Source: Eledone cirrhosa
Taxonomy: Eukaryota
Direction of reading: 5' to 3'
DNA length: 64,000 bases
NCBI GenBank assembly: GCA_964016885.1
Contig: OZ024743.1
Coordinates: 73,284,001 to 73,348,000 of the forward strand
Below the pieces are notes generated by a model. That model saw nothing but the letters and a program-made list of their open reading frames with translations. It did not search any database and had not been told where the DNA came from. Below, piece by piece: positions 43,001-54,587 of this stretch. The translations under genes were made by a program, and so were the position numbers. How positions within the stretch are numbered: position 1 is the first letter of the stretch; each line of letters starts with the position of its first letter.

Positions 43001-45097
43001 TTACCGTACTTTTGGTAGAGGAGGGATGGTTTTTACATCCCTTTTCACTTGATCGTCTGGTGAAGGGACCGTTGAATCGTCCCTTCGGCTGGTCGTCGGC
43101 TCTTCTAAGAGAATTTCTGAATATAATCTTCGATTGATGGTTCCTCCTAGGTCCCTGAAATCACCAACTGCGTTGGGGAATTTCGTTTTAATATTTGTGT
43201 ATTGTTTCTGTGCTATTTTTAGCAGTCTTATGTTAGTTGGCGTTTTGATTGGTGCTGGTATTATGTAGTCCTGTTGTGAAATGTCTGTGTGTTCAATTAT
43301 GTAAGTCATTAGTTTCTTGTTGTGTGTATTTATTGCCGTGCATTTGTTTTTCTGGGGGTGGGGTGTGGTTCTGCTATTTTCTTGTCGTTGTTGCTGGGTG
43401 TGTGTGTTTTGTTGTTGTGTTTGCGATGTTGGTGCTTGTGGTGGTGGTGTTGAAGGTGTTGTTGGCGGTGGGGTTGTCGCCGGTGGTGATGGTGGCGCTA
43501 GTGTGGGTGGTGATGGTGTTGGTGTTGTTGCTGCTGTGGGTCTCTTTGCAGTAGACTTTACCCTTTTCTCATTTCTTTCCTCCCTTTTCAAAGGCGACGA
43601 TGCGCTGCTTCTGCGTTTGTGCCTTCTTACGACCTTTTGCCATCTCTCTCCCACCTCACACTCCATGTCTGATTCTGTGAGGTCGGGGAGGGGTACCAAC
43701 TCCACTCTTTCACTTGTTGTTGTTGGTGATGTTTGCACTGGAGTCTCTGTTGCAGCTGCATTTGGTATTGCTGTTGTTGTTGTTAGTATTTCCACTGCTG
43801 CTGCTGTTTTTGATTTCCGTGGAGTGGGTATGGGTGCCACGGGCCTATCGTTCCTGGTTGACGCTTGTCCTGTTGCTGGTAGCCGTGGAGCCGGATTCGG
43901 AAGGAGGGGGGTTTTCTCCTTTCTCAGGGTCTTCTCGTTGCAGAAGGCCCTGAGGTGAGTCTTCGATCCACAGCGAAAGCATTTCGGGCGTTTGTCCTCA
44001 ACACTTATGGGCAGTTGAGTGCCGTTATCGAAGTCTATCACATCCGGGATAGCTTCGATGCACTCCTGGTTGGTTTGGATTAGCATCTCAATGGAGGAGC
44101 CGACCCAATCTTCTCTTACTTTTTTCTGTACTTGCAGTACAGTTGTTTTGTCCTCGATTCCGACGAGGACAGACGCGGCCAGCCAAGAAGGGGTCATTCC
44201 GGGGGGGACGTGGGTCAGTTTGACCCTCACAATTTTTTGCCCACAGTAGGAGGGCACCAACACCATTTCCTCGCTCCTTAGGGTCACTACTGATTGGGCC
44301 TTTGCCTCCTGGGGTGTGGCAAAAAGTACGTCTACGGTGGCATATTTTTTGCCTCGGGTGATGTGCGTTTTCCGCTGCCACACAGACCCCAAGGCTTTTT
44401 GTATTTGGGCCTCTGTGGCTCTTTCCACCCTACGGGATTTTGTACTTACTGTACGGTACGTGACCGTACAGTGCTCTTGGGTTTCGAAAAAATTTTTCGC
44501 TGCCTTGCAGATTGCTCGGTGTCCGTTCTTTGTCACCATCTTCTTCGCTTCCTCTAATTCCTCATTTGTTATGAGGATTGTTTCCAAGTTTTTCGCAATA
44601 CCTGCAAATGAGATTGGTTTTTCTCTGCTGTTGTTGTTGTCGTCAGAGCTGCTGCTACTTTTGTTGTTGTTGCAGGTACTACGACTACTGCCTCCGCCGC
44701 TGTTGCTGTAGTTGTTGTTGGTGTTGCTGCTGCTAATGCTGTTGTTGTTTATGCTGCTGGTGATGCTGTTGCGGCTGCTACTGTTGTTTTCATTGTCACT
44801 GTTGCTGTTGTTATTACGGCTGCTACTGCTATTATTCCTGACGTCAGACGAATGAACTGGGTTTTCGTATTTCCCGCACACCTGTTTCGTCGCTGTCGTC
44901 GTCGTCGTGGAGAAACCTTGCACGCTTTGCACGAGACTTTTCTTTTCATTCGTCACTTGCGAAAGAGAAGGGAGGGAGAGAGACACATTTAAAGAAGAGA
45001 GGGCGAGAGACAATCTTCTCTCTGCTGTAGTGATGATTGAGGAAGAAGAAGACGGAATGAGTGGGAGTGACGTATGAAATTTCTTTTTCGTAGCCAT
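43001..45097 (-). CDS. ORF1: gag-like nucleic-acid-binding protein
   Basis: Zinc knuckle CFRCGSKTHLRAFC; N/S-rich and P/T-rich low-complexity segments; 698 aa open, directly upstream of ORF2. Confidence 0.9.
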   Translation of the reverse strand: MATKKKFHTSLPLIPSSSSSIITTAERRLSLALSSLNVSLSLPSLSQVTNEKKSLVQSVQGFSTTTTTATKQVCGKYENPVHSSDVRNNSSSSRNNNSNSDNENNSSSRNSITSSINNNSISSSNTNNNYSNSGGGSSRSTCNNNKSSSSSDDNNNSREKPISFAGIAKNLETILITNEELEEAKKMVTKNGHRAICKAAKNFFETQEHCTVTYRTVSTKSRRVERATEAQIQKALGSVWQRKTHITRGKKYATVDVLFATPQEAKAQSVVTLRSEEMVLVPSYCGQKIVRVKLTHVPPGMTPSWLAASVLVGIEDKTTVLQVQKKVREDWVGSSIEMLIQTNQECIEAIPDVIDFDNGTQLPISVEDKRPKCFRCGSKTHLRAFCNEKTLRKEKTPLLPNPAPRLPATGQASTRNDRPVAPIPTPRKSKTAAAVEILTTTTAIPNAAATETPVQTSPTTTSERVELVPLPDLTESDMECEVGERWQKVVRRHKRRSSASSPLKREERNEKRVKSTAKRPTAATTPTPSPPTLAPPSPPATTPPPTTPSTPPPQAPTSQTQQQNTHTQQQRQENSRTTPHPQKNKCTAINTHNKKLMTYIIEHTDISQQDYIIPAPIKTPTNIRLLKIAQKQYTNIKTKFPNAVGDFRDLGGTINRRLYSEILLEEPTTSRRDDSTVPSPDDQVKRDVKTIPPLPKVR

Positions 45098-45335
45098 GTT
45101 GTTTTTTGTTTAAAATGAAATTTTGGGTACAAAACCCCAATAACTGATTATTTAACCCCGAAGGGCCAAATAACGGACAGAAAGACCCCTCTCACGAGGA
45201 GGAGGGTGTCTTTATCAACAATTTGGTTCAAGTTTTAAACAATTTACAATTGTTTTAACGGTTAAAAATTACTATACCTTACAGAGCCGAGCCTCCGTCA
45301 ACCATGGCATTCAATAATAATAATAATAATAATAA

Positions 45336-48300
45336 GAGTGTTTAAATATCGAACATAAACAGTTCGAATAACGGTGAAATGGAGACTAGAACGTCATGTG
45401 ACAGACTCTCACCCAACAGGTGCCCCCTGGCTCAGCAGCAGGAACCTGACTGTCAACCAAATACTGCTGATGTTGGAGGAAGAAGAAGAAGGAAAGGGGC
45501 CAGAACCAACTGGACGAAAGAATTGAATAGAACTGTTATGCAATGCTACCTGAAAAGTAACGCCAAGGAGAGGGGCTACAGGAGACGGATGCATAACATC
45601 TGGAACGAGATTGGTTTATTTAAATTAGATGAACAAAAATTGGCCGGGCAGGCTCGGGTAATAAGAACTAATGGGTGGATAAGCGAGCTGGAACTGGAGG
45701 AACTGAGCAGAGAGAATGGCTTGGAGATGGCGGGTGTAGTATGCCAGACAAGCGAGCCGGCGGGAAATGAAGGTGAGGAGGTCCTGAGAACGGAGGAACC
45801 ACCCGAAGCAGACAATGATCTGAATACTGAGATAAATAATACCTGGAACAGAGATACGGCCACTGAGGAGATGAATGCTGACGGGCTAGGACAAGATTCG
45901 GTTGACATCCTAAATTTAGTGGTAGATGAGTTGAACAATGATAGTGGGAGACCTATGAACCTAAGATTTGTAGACAGGAAAAAGTTAAAAGAAACAACAG
46001 CTAAGGTAAACAAAGTCATTCCATACCTTGAGGCGAGGAGTCTTCACCAGTGCAACAATATCCTCAAAGCAACAGCAAATACGGTGAGGAAACTACTTGG
46101 TATAAAAGCGAGAGGAAACAACAAACAAGAAAGAGCAGAGCCGTGGTGGAAGAAGCGACTGAGTGGGCAAATCGGGGAAATGAAAAATGACATAGGAAAG
46201 CTTGAGTCACTACTGAATGGGACACTAAAAAACATAGGCACTAAAAATAGACTGGAAATAAAATACAAAACTAGGAGTAAAAAGCTAAATATTATCATAG
46301 AGGAATTGAAGCAACGCATTGTAGCAAAGAGTGCCAAAATCAGGCGATACGAGAACAGAGTCAGTCAGTATAAACAGAACCGCATGTTCGACAACAACCA
46401 GAAGATGCTGTTTGGACAGCTTGAGGGGAAAGAAAGAGGCAACGACTTGATCCCTGGGGCGGAACAAGCTAAAACATTCTGGAGAGGAATATGGGAGCAG
46501 GATGTTAGACACAATGCCCAGGCAGGGTGGATTGAGACAGTACAGAGGGAGATCGGTGAGCAGGCACAACAACAGACTGATTTGAGTATCACAGTTGAAA
46601 CTCTTAAGGGGCAAGCCAAAAAACTAACCAACTGGAAATCACCAGGCCCAGATGGTGTGCAGGGGTATTGGATTAAACATTTAACATCCCTCCACCCGAA
46701 GCTGACGGCCATGTTCAATGACTGCTTGGTGTCGGGTGAGGTGCCAGAGTGGTTGACAAAAGGTACCACAGTTCTGATAATGAAAGACCGAATCAAGGGT
46801 AATGATGTTACCAACTATAGACCTATCACATGTCTGCCCGTAATGTGGAAACTGTTGACGAGCATTGTGTCTGAGGAAATCTACCATCACCTCCACACAA
46901 ACAACTTGTTACCGGACGAACAGAAAGGATGCCGAAAGAAGTCACGTGGTATAAAGGACCAGTTGCTTATTGATAAGATGGTAATGGGGAATTGCAGGAG
47001 GAGACACACTGATCTTGCCATGGGATGGATAGACTACAGAAAGGCATTTGACATGGTGCCTCATTCCTGGATCACCAAAAGCCTGGAGATCTTCAGGGTG
47101 GCAGATAACATCAGACAGTTGCTGGGCAGGAGTATGGGGTCCTGGGAGACAGAGTTGACATCAACTGGAGTATCCTTGGGAAGCGTGAAGATCAAGAGAG
47201 GTATCTTCCAGGGAGATAGCCTGTCCCCTCTGTTGTTTGTCCTTGCCCTGATACCCTTGACCATTATGCTGCGAAAAGTGAGAGCAGGATACAAGTTGGG
47301 AAGGGGAGAGCTTACCATCAATCACCTCCTCTTCATGGACGATCTTAAGCTCTTCGGGAAAAGTGAGAAGGAGTTGGATGTGCTTGTTGACACTGTCCGT
47401 ATTTTCAGCAGTGATATATGTATGCAGTTTGGTATTGGTAAATGTGGAGTCATTGTGATGAAGAGGGGTAGGTTGAGCAGAAGTAACGGGATCCAGATAC
47501 CAACAGGTGAGATGATAAAGGAAATTGACTCTGAGGAAGGATACAAGTATTTGGGCGTTCTGGAGGCTGATGGCATAAAGAACAAAAAAATGAAGGAATT
47601 GTTAAGAACTGAATACATTCGGAGAGTAAGGAGCGTATTGAAGTCACATCTGAACAGCAGAAATGCCATAAGCGCAGTAAATTCCCGAGCTGTGTCTATT
47701 ATTAGGTACAGTGCGGGAATTCTGAGATGGAATGTTGCTGAACAAAAAGAAATGGATAGGAAGACTAGGAAGCTATTGACTATCTACAACATGTTCCACA
47801 AGAGGAGTGATGTCGATAGACTCTACCTCAGGAGATCTGAGGGTGGAAGAGGTCTTATCAGCATAGAGGACTGTGTTCAGATGGAGAAAAACAACCTATA
47901 CAAATACGTGACCTATAGTAAGGAGCCAATGCTCAGAACTGTACTGAAGGAGGGGACAATAGGCCAGGGGATGTCCAAGGAGGAAATAACATCAAGGAGG
48001 AAGAGCAGCCTTAAGGGAAAATCCCTTCATAGTACCTTCTTTGAGAAAACTGAAATTAGAGATCCACAGACATGGAACTGGTTGAGAAGAGGAGACCTCA
48101 GAAAGGCTACAGAAGGAATGCTAATGGCTACGCAGGAGCAGGCCCTCAAAACGAAGTGGTTGAAGCACCATATCTACAAGGAGGAGGCTAGCCCACTGTG
48201 CAGGATCTGTGGAGAGAGAGAGGAGACTGTGGCTCACATTGTGTCCGAGTGTAAACACCTAGCCCAGACCCACTATAAGGGCTGGAGACACGATGTGATG

Positions 48301-48845
48301 GGCAGGGTGATCCACTGGCACCTGTGCAAAGTAAACAATCTACCACATTCTGAGAAATGGTATGAGCATAGGCCAGAGGCGGTGATGGAGAACAGTCAGG
48401 TGAAGGTGCTGTGGGATTTTAGGATACAGACGGACAAAAAACTGGAACACAATAGACCTGACCTGGTGGTTGTGGACAAAGAAAAAAGATCGTGCCTGAT
48501 TGTGGATGTGGCCTGCCCGTTCGACACGAGAGTGCAAGAGAAGGAGAGGGAGAAAATTAACCGATACCAGGACCTAAAGTGGGAGGTGAAAAGGATTTGG
48601 AACTGCCATGAAGTCAAAGTGATCCCGATTGTCATAGGCGCACTGGGGACTATCTCCAAAGGTTTCCAGGGATGGTTAAAGAAAATCGGCCCCTTCACGC
48701 TTTTTGGAACGCTTCAAAAGGCATGCTTGCTTGGAACAGCAAGAACCCTCCGATACGTCCTGAATATCTGAGGCTGCAGGTAGTGGCTTGATATTCAATC
48801 CAACGGACTTTCCAGTTAACCAACATCAATGACTGAGATTCAAGG
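45336..48845 (+). mobile_element. R4-clade (Dong-like) non-LTR retrotransposon in (TAA)n
   Basis: Single RT-REL ORF flanked by (AAT)n at 45313-45335 and 48846-48896; Dong elements are known TAA-repeat-specific R4 elements. Confidence 0.92.
45379..48771 (+). CDS. RT with CCHC and restriction-like endonuclease (R4/Dong)
   Basis: WKSPGPDG, NYRPITCL, EQKGC, IDYRKAFD, FQGDSLSP, LFMDD; CRIC...H...C, RHD, RPDLVVVD...VDVACP, EKINRY; 1130 aa uninterrupted. Confidence 0.97.
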   Translation: METRTSCDRLSPNRCPLAQQQEPDCQPNTADVGGRRRRKGARTNWTKELNRTVMQCYLKSNAKERGYRRRMHNIWNEIGLFKLDEQKLAGQARVIRTNGWISELELEELSRENGLEMAGVVCQTSEPAGNEGEEVLRTEEPPEADNDLNTEINNTWNRDTATEEMNADGLGQDSVDILNLVVDELNNDSGRPMNLRFVDRKKLKETTAKVNKVIPYLEARSLHQCNNILKATANTVRKLLGIKARGNNKQERAEPWWKKRLSGQIGEMKNDIGKLESLLNGTLKNIGTKNRLEIKYKTRSKKLNIIIEELKQRIVAKSAKIRRYENRVSQYKQNRMFDNNQKMLFGQLEGKERGNDLIPGAEQAKTFWRGIWEQDVRHNAQAGWIETVQREIGEQAQQQTDLSITVETLKGQAKKLTNWKSPGPDGVQGYWIKHLTSLHPKLTAMFNDCLVSGEVPEWLTKGTTVLIMKDRIKGNDVTNYRPITCLPVMWKLLTSIVSEEIYHHLHTNNLLPDEQKGCRKKSRGIKDQLLIDKMVMGNCRRRHTDLAMGWIDYRKAFDMVPHSWITKSLEIFRVADNIRQLLGRSMGSWETELTSTGVSLGSVKIKRGIFQGDSLSPLLFVLALIPLTIMLRKVRAGYKLGRGELTINHLLFMDDLKLFGKSEKELDVLVDTVRIFSSDICMQFGIGKCGVIVMKRGRLSRSNGIQIPTGEMIKEIDSEEGYKYLGVLEADGIKNKKMKELLRTEYIRRVRSVLKSHLNSRNAISAVNSRAVSIIRYSAGILRWNVAEQKEMDRKTRKLLTIYNMFHKRSDVDRLYLRRSEGGRGLISIEDCVQMEKNNLYKYVTYSKEPMLRTVLKEGTIGQGMSKEEITSRRKSSLKGKSLHSTFFEKTEIRDPQTWNWLRRGDLRKATEGMLMATQEQALKTKWLKHHIYKEEASPLCRICGEREETVAHIVSECKHLAQTHYKGWRHDVMGRVIHWHLCKVNNLPHSEKWYEHRPEAVMENSQVKVLWDFRIQTDKKLEHNRPDLVVVDKEKRSCLIVDVACPFDTRVQEKEREKINRYQDLKWEVKRIWNCHEVKVIPIVIGALGTISKGFQGWLKKIGPFTLFGTLQKACLLGTARTLRYVLNI

Positions 48846-48857
48846 AATAACAATAAC

Positions 48858-48897
<40 letters not shown>

Positions 48898-49046
48898 TAT
48901 ATATATATATATATCAAAGAAAGTGTGATAAGAAACCAGGTGTACCATAACGCACCAGGGTAGTAGAGTGGGTAATAGGAAAAGAGTCAGGGCGCCGACA
49001 GGTGAGCTCCAGTCATTTCGACAGCAGTCGGGGTCCTGACCCTTTT

Positions 49047-49148
<102 letters not shown>

Positions 49149-50098
49149 ATGTATATATATATATATATATCACATAAGAAACAGAGAATCAGTATTGCGA
49201 CGAATAAAATTTATTAGACATATTACAATCGTTTCTCTGGCGACCAGCTCGAGGCACGATTGATGTAATGATCGAACCTGACTCTGAAATATCAAGGTCC
49301 TCAGATATGTCCAGTTACACCCGTGGCCCTCACTCTGCAGCTTAGATCCTGTTGTTGTCATTCCGTGAGTGGCCACGAATTGTACACGTCATCGGTATTT
49401 TTGGCCACTCATGGCCGTCCTATATTTGGTTCCTTTCATTCACCACCTGTCAATCAAAGTTTTTTGTAAATCGGAATTACTACTGTAGGAGGTAAGGGGT
49501 TGTATGATTGAACCGCTGGCGCCCTGTCGCCGCCTTCTCAACCTGTCGGCTCCCTCACCCATGCCCATGTTTCGCGCAGGCGTGATACATACGGGCACTT
49601 ATACACCCACATCGATCACGTACACACCCGCAACTGTATTATATTCGACAATCCCATTAGATATTGAATGTGCAGCGAATACTTAGAAAGAATTTTTTTA
49701 AAAAGTAAAAACATTTAACAGGACGTTTCAGAAAAACAGCCTCAAAATACCTTAAAAAACACACATTTCAAAAAGAAAAACCCTGTGAAAAGAACGTTTT
49801 TAAAAGAATGCTTGAAATAGCCTTTCAAAAAAATTAATTTAAAGGTATTTTTTGATAAATATACTCATATCTACACACACACACTGTACTCGGGAAATAT
49901 ATATATATATATATTGGTAAACGGAAAAGAAAATGGTGACAAATTGTTCACAGTGAAAAAAAGTTTAATTAGGAATAAGTGAGAATTAGTAATAGTATTG
50001 GTTAGTATTCAGTTTTTGGTTTTAAGTTTTACCGGTTGCGCATTTCTAATGCTTTTCAAAAATAATTTTGAGATAGAGCGTCCGTGATGTTTGCTCTA

Positions 50099-50192
<94 letters not shown>

Positions 50193-50220
50193 ACACTAAA
50201 TATATTTTTTTGTTGGATCC

Positions 50221-50311
50221 CCAGTCTGAAGAGTAGAGCGATAATGGAGTCGGGCTCATTACCTTCTATTGGTGATCCTGAGCCAATCCTCTGCGAAACG
50301 CGCGTAACAGG
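50221..50311 (+). ncRNA. Hammerhead ribozyme with long stem II and palindromic stem III
   Basis: ccagt-CUGAAGA-gtagag...ggctca..tgagcc...ctctgc-GAAA-cgcgcg-UA-acagg, between (TA)n tracts. Confidence 0.8.
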
Positions 50312-50363
50312 TCGATACACAATAAGAATCTAAATACATGTAAACGAAACTTCATCGTCTTTA

Positions 50364-50417
<54 letters not shown>

Positions 50418-50809
50418 TTGTTGTGATGTATAAATTTACTTATATTTCGGGACACACTAGTGCGCATGTCACACTATTATACTGAGGAAAGCTGTTTAGA
50501 AATAAACCTTTAGATTTAACTAAAAGACTTTTATTGAACAGAATTTTTTGTGAAATAAAAATATTTCTTGCATATTAGATGTCTATTAACTATAATTAAT
50601 AAATTTTAAGGAGCAATGTAAAGAATTATGTTATTTGAAGAATATTAATATTCGTAATAATTATTCATTGTAATATACTTAATTATGTAAATATATTAAA
50701 TTATGTATATATATTTAAATATACTAAACTATGTATATATATTTAAATATACAACTACACGTATATAAGGCGTATGTATAGGATAAATATTCCGTTCATT
50801 AACGAGGCA

Positions 50810-51062
50810 AATAGGCAGAGTATTTAGAATATCGAGGAGAATACTGAGTGGTATTAGTTCCAATTCCTTACGTTCCTTGTTCTAATTCCGGCGAGGACAA
50901 CTTTACATTCATTTTTACATGATCGATAAAATATGGTACAAATCATCTACTAGCATCGATTTAATCGACTCCCCATTAAATATTGGTGACTTTGTGTCTA
51001 AATTGCACCGGTAATGCATTGGGATAATTGCTGGCCGTGTGCCAACAGTAGAAACTGTTATT
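50810..51062 (+). mobile_element. tRNA-derived SINE, diverged, with a duplicated 3' end
   Basis: ttctaattccggcgagg...gatcgataaaatatggtac...ttgctggccgtgtgccaacagtagaaac. Confidence 0.7.
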
Positions 51063-51436
51063 GTTGTTGTTATATTTATACCATCGGTTTATATGGCGCA
51101 GAGATATTTATATAACATATTTGTATTAGGATTGGTGCTCTGAAATAGCGATGTATACATGAATGTATGTATAGTATATTTGGCAATGTACCGCATGTTT
51201 AATTAAAAACATTTAGAAGACCATACGCTATCAGTTTTAAAGTAGTGACTAAGTCACTTACTTCTTTTCGGCGAAAGAAGGGAGAGAAGCTGACAGACTG
51301 TTTCACGCTGGCTGGTGTTCGCTGTTTTGGTTAAATAAATGGCGTCTTATACAGCGTAAAATGCTGTAACTTAAATTTTTCTCAAAAATTTGTTCTGTTT
51401 TATCTGTGGCTTCAAATGTATCTTGTTCTCTTTCAG

Positions 51437-51562
51437 GAGTATATCACCCATTTTCTTCGATGTTCCGGGATGTTATGAAAGACAGGAATGCTTCGACATA
51501 TCTTAAAATAACAGATATTTATCCTTCACAGAGAAACACAAATTATGAAGAGATAAACCAAA
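51437..51562 (+). CDS. Host exon (phase 1-1), probable iGluR amino-terminal domain
   Basis: Polypyrimidine tttcag acceptor and gtaagt donor; open frame xVYHPFSSMFRDVMKDRNASTYLKITDIYPSQRNTNYEEINQ; splices in frame to 54345. Confidence 0.7.
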
Positions 51563-52221
51563 GTAAGTTTTAACGAATGTTTTATTGTTTATCTCTTTCA
51601 AAATCGACCTAGTGCAGAATAGGAAACATAAACAGGGAGGACACAAACAGAGAAATTTTCAAGTATAATCATTAACACATGACAAACACAAAGACAGACG
51701 CACGTGCACAGAGGTAAATTCATGTGCAGACAGGAAAACGAACAACAGAAAGGCAAGATGGAGGAGAAAAAATAAGAGCAAAAAGAAGCTGAGGCACACA
51801 GGAATACAAATAGTCATTGAGTAGGTCACAGAATATCAGAATCTGTGACGAGAGTCCTTTGAAAAACTAACGGAAAACTAATAAAGCTAAATGAAAAGAA
51901 AAGAATGCGGGTGTTTTTATGTGCAATTTTGGTGATAAGACCATCACATATATATAAAAACTGCGGATCGGATGAAGTATTGATTCCAGTGTCGATACAG
52001 ATCTTACCTTGAGCTGATCAATCGTGAAACGCGGGTCACACCTGAATAAACGCAATAATGATACTTTGACACCTCATCCCTACTTATAATATATATATAT
52101 ATATATATATATAAAATAAAGTTTTACACTACTCCGGAGTAACCAAACCAACCTGCGAACTTCGTCGAGTGCTCCAGCCTGCATACTCAGGTGTTGGTAT
52201 ACAACCAACATAAACTCAAAA

Positions 52222-52304
<83 letters not shown>

Positions 52305-52350
52305 TTGCGAGGTTTTTGATATGAAATCGTGTGTTGAAATAGATATTGTT

Positions 52351-54067
52351 ATACTTGGGGAGGGTCATATTTGTGTAATATTGCCAGAATTAATAACAGA
52401 ACACACTCACTGTTTGGTTGGTTTTCGCTTTTCGCTTCTGTGTCTTTTATATCGGTAATCTAATTTATTCGGTCCTCAATGTTGCCATTGACTGACCAAC
52501 GGTCAAAAATAATACAGATACAATATAGACACAAACACATATATATAGTTTATCAAAGTTCTTTCGTTGCACATCTGCAACATCGTCAGTGGTGCTATTG
52601 TTTCCTCCCGTTGCATTGTATCTCCTACGCCATCTTTATTTAGTCTGTTTATATATTTATTTATTTGTTTATTTTTTATTTTTTTGTCTTCTTTGCGCAT
52701 GCGTTTGCGTGTGTGTATAGTGTTTTGTTTGATGTGTGTTCGTGATTGGGTGACTGTGTATTGGTTAATGTATTCTATCCTTACTAGTGTGTGTTTATAT
52801 GTGTTTGTTGTTATTGTGCTTGTGTATGTATTTATTTATTTATCTATTTATTTATTTATTTATACTTCTCTTAGGTCAGTGTTGTTGTTATTCCATTCAT
52901 TCTTTCTGTTTAGCCTTGGCCTTCTAAGTTCTATTTCACTGGCCTCTCTGATTTGCCTATCTGCTGGGTCATTTCTATGTTTAGATATTATTCTAATTTC
53001 TATGTTGTCTATGTTACCGTCATGTTGTTGTCTGGCATGTTCGTATAGTACTGACCCGTTTTTTCGTCCTTTTAGTTCCCCCCAGTGTTGGTCTATCCTT
53101 TCACCTATGCTACGAGCTGTCTCGCCTATGTATGTTGTTGTCATGTTTCTGCAAGTACCCTCTGTATATCTTATGCTATAGACTACGTTTCTAGTTTTAA
53201 AACTACAAACCTAGTCTATAGCATAAGATGTACAGAGGGTACTTGCAGAAACACGACAACAACATACATAGGCGAGACAGCTCGTAGCATAGGTGAAAGG
53301 ATAGACCAACACTGGGGGGAACTAAAAGGACGAAAAAACGGGTCAGTACTATACGAACATGCCAGACAACCACACGACGGTAAGATAGACAACATAGAAT
53401 TTAGAATAATATCTAAACATAGAAATGACCCAGCAGGTAGGCAAATCAGAGAGGCCAGTGAAATAGAACTTAGAAGGCCAAGGCTAAACAGAAAAAAATG
53501 AATGGAATAACAACAACACCCAAACAAAAAACACTGACCTAAGAGAAGTATAAATAAATAAATAAATAGATAAATAAATAAATACATACACAATCACAAT
53601 AACAACAAACACATATAAACACACACTAGTAAAGATAGAATACATTAACCAATACACAGCCACCCAATCACGAACACACATCAAACAAAACACTATGCAC
53701 ACACGCAAACGCATGCGCAAAGAAGACAAAAAAAAAACAAAAAATAAAAAATAAACAAATAAATAAATATATAAACAGACTAAATAAAGATGGCGTAGGA
53801 GATACAATGTAACGGGAGGAAACAATAGCACCACTGACGATGTTGCAGATGTGCAACGAAAGAACTTTGATAAACTATATATATGTTTGTGTCTATATTG
53901 TATCTGTATTATTTTTGACCGTTGGTCAGTCAATGGCAACATTGAGGACCGAATAAATTAAATTAACCGATATAAAAGACACAGAAGCGAAAAGCGAAAA
54001 CCAACCAAACAGTGAGTGTGTTCTGTTATTAATTCTGGCAATATTACACAAATATGACCCTCCCCAA

Positions 54068-54071
<4 letters not shown>
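52351..54071. mobile_element. 1.7-kb spacerless palindrome of a PLE 3' end (GIY-YIG plus pseudo-LTR with hammerhead)
   Basis: Centre 53198/53199; each arm encodes VYSIRC...YIGETARSIGERIDQH...EHARQ.H...REASEI...PRLN; HHR CUGACGA 53834-53840 ... GAAA 53858-53861 (+), mirror at ~52551-52592 (-). Confidence 0.93.
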
Positions 54072-54130
<59 letters not shown>

Positions 54131-54344
54131 AAAAGGTATTGACCACAAACCTTAGACAACAGAGGCCACGTACCGTTCCTCTCCGACAGATAACTTTCCC
54201 CCTCGGAAAAACCCCCAGTTGATGGATGCGAAATCCGAAATATAGGGACAATTAAATCTCTCCCAAAGTAACTCTATCTCGTGTTATTATGTTTATTTGT
54301 TACGTGATTCTAAACATGACTCTTTTTTCTTTCATAATTTGTAG

Positions 54345-54587
54345 CGATTTCATTCATGGAAATTCATGACCTCCACACCGTTGTTGGACCCTTTGACCCT
54401 GGTACCGTTATGGCGGCTGAGGAACTGGATATTCCTTTTCTTTCTACCAGTTCAGTCAACCGGGAGAATAGTAACAAGGTCACATTTCAGATGGTACCTG
54501 ATACAGAAGAAGTAAGCATGGCTATGCAGAGCCTGGTCGACGCTTATAAATGGGAACATGCAGGGATGTACTACGACAGCGATATAG
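54345..54587 (+). CDS. Host exon, LIVBP/ANF-receptor-like domain (ionotropic glutamate receptor-like)
   Basis: tttgtag acceptor and AG|GCAAGT GC-type donor; TISFMEIHDLHTVVGPF...ELDIPFLST...FQMVPD...AMQSLVDAYKWEHAGMYYDSDIG follows the xxGP...IP...P...W...YD spacing of iGluR amino-terminal domains. Confidence 0.75.

Larger units (their letters stand above)
39286..45312 (-). mobile_element. Full-length L1/Tx1-type non-LTR retrotransposon in an (AAT)n microsatellite
   Basis: Two open ORFs 34 bp apart; ~215-bp 5' UTR; AATAAA at 39292-39297 (-) followed by (ATT)n; (AAT)n on both flanks. Confidence 0.93.

Noticed and set aside
39619-48698. Alternative-frame and antisense ORFs over the two LINEs
   Set aside because: Shadow ORFs of GC-richer coding sequence; no motifs.
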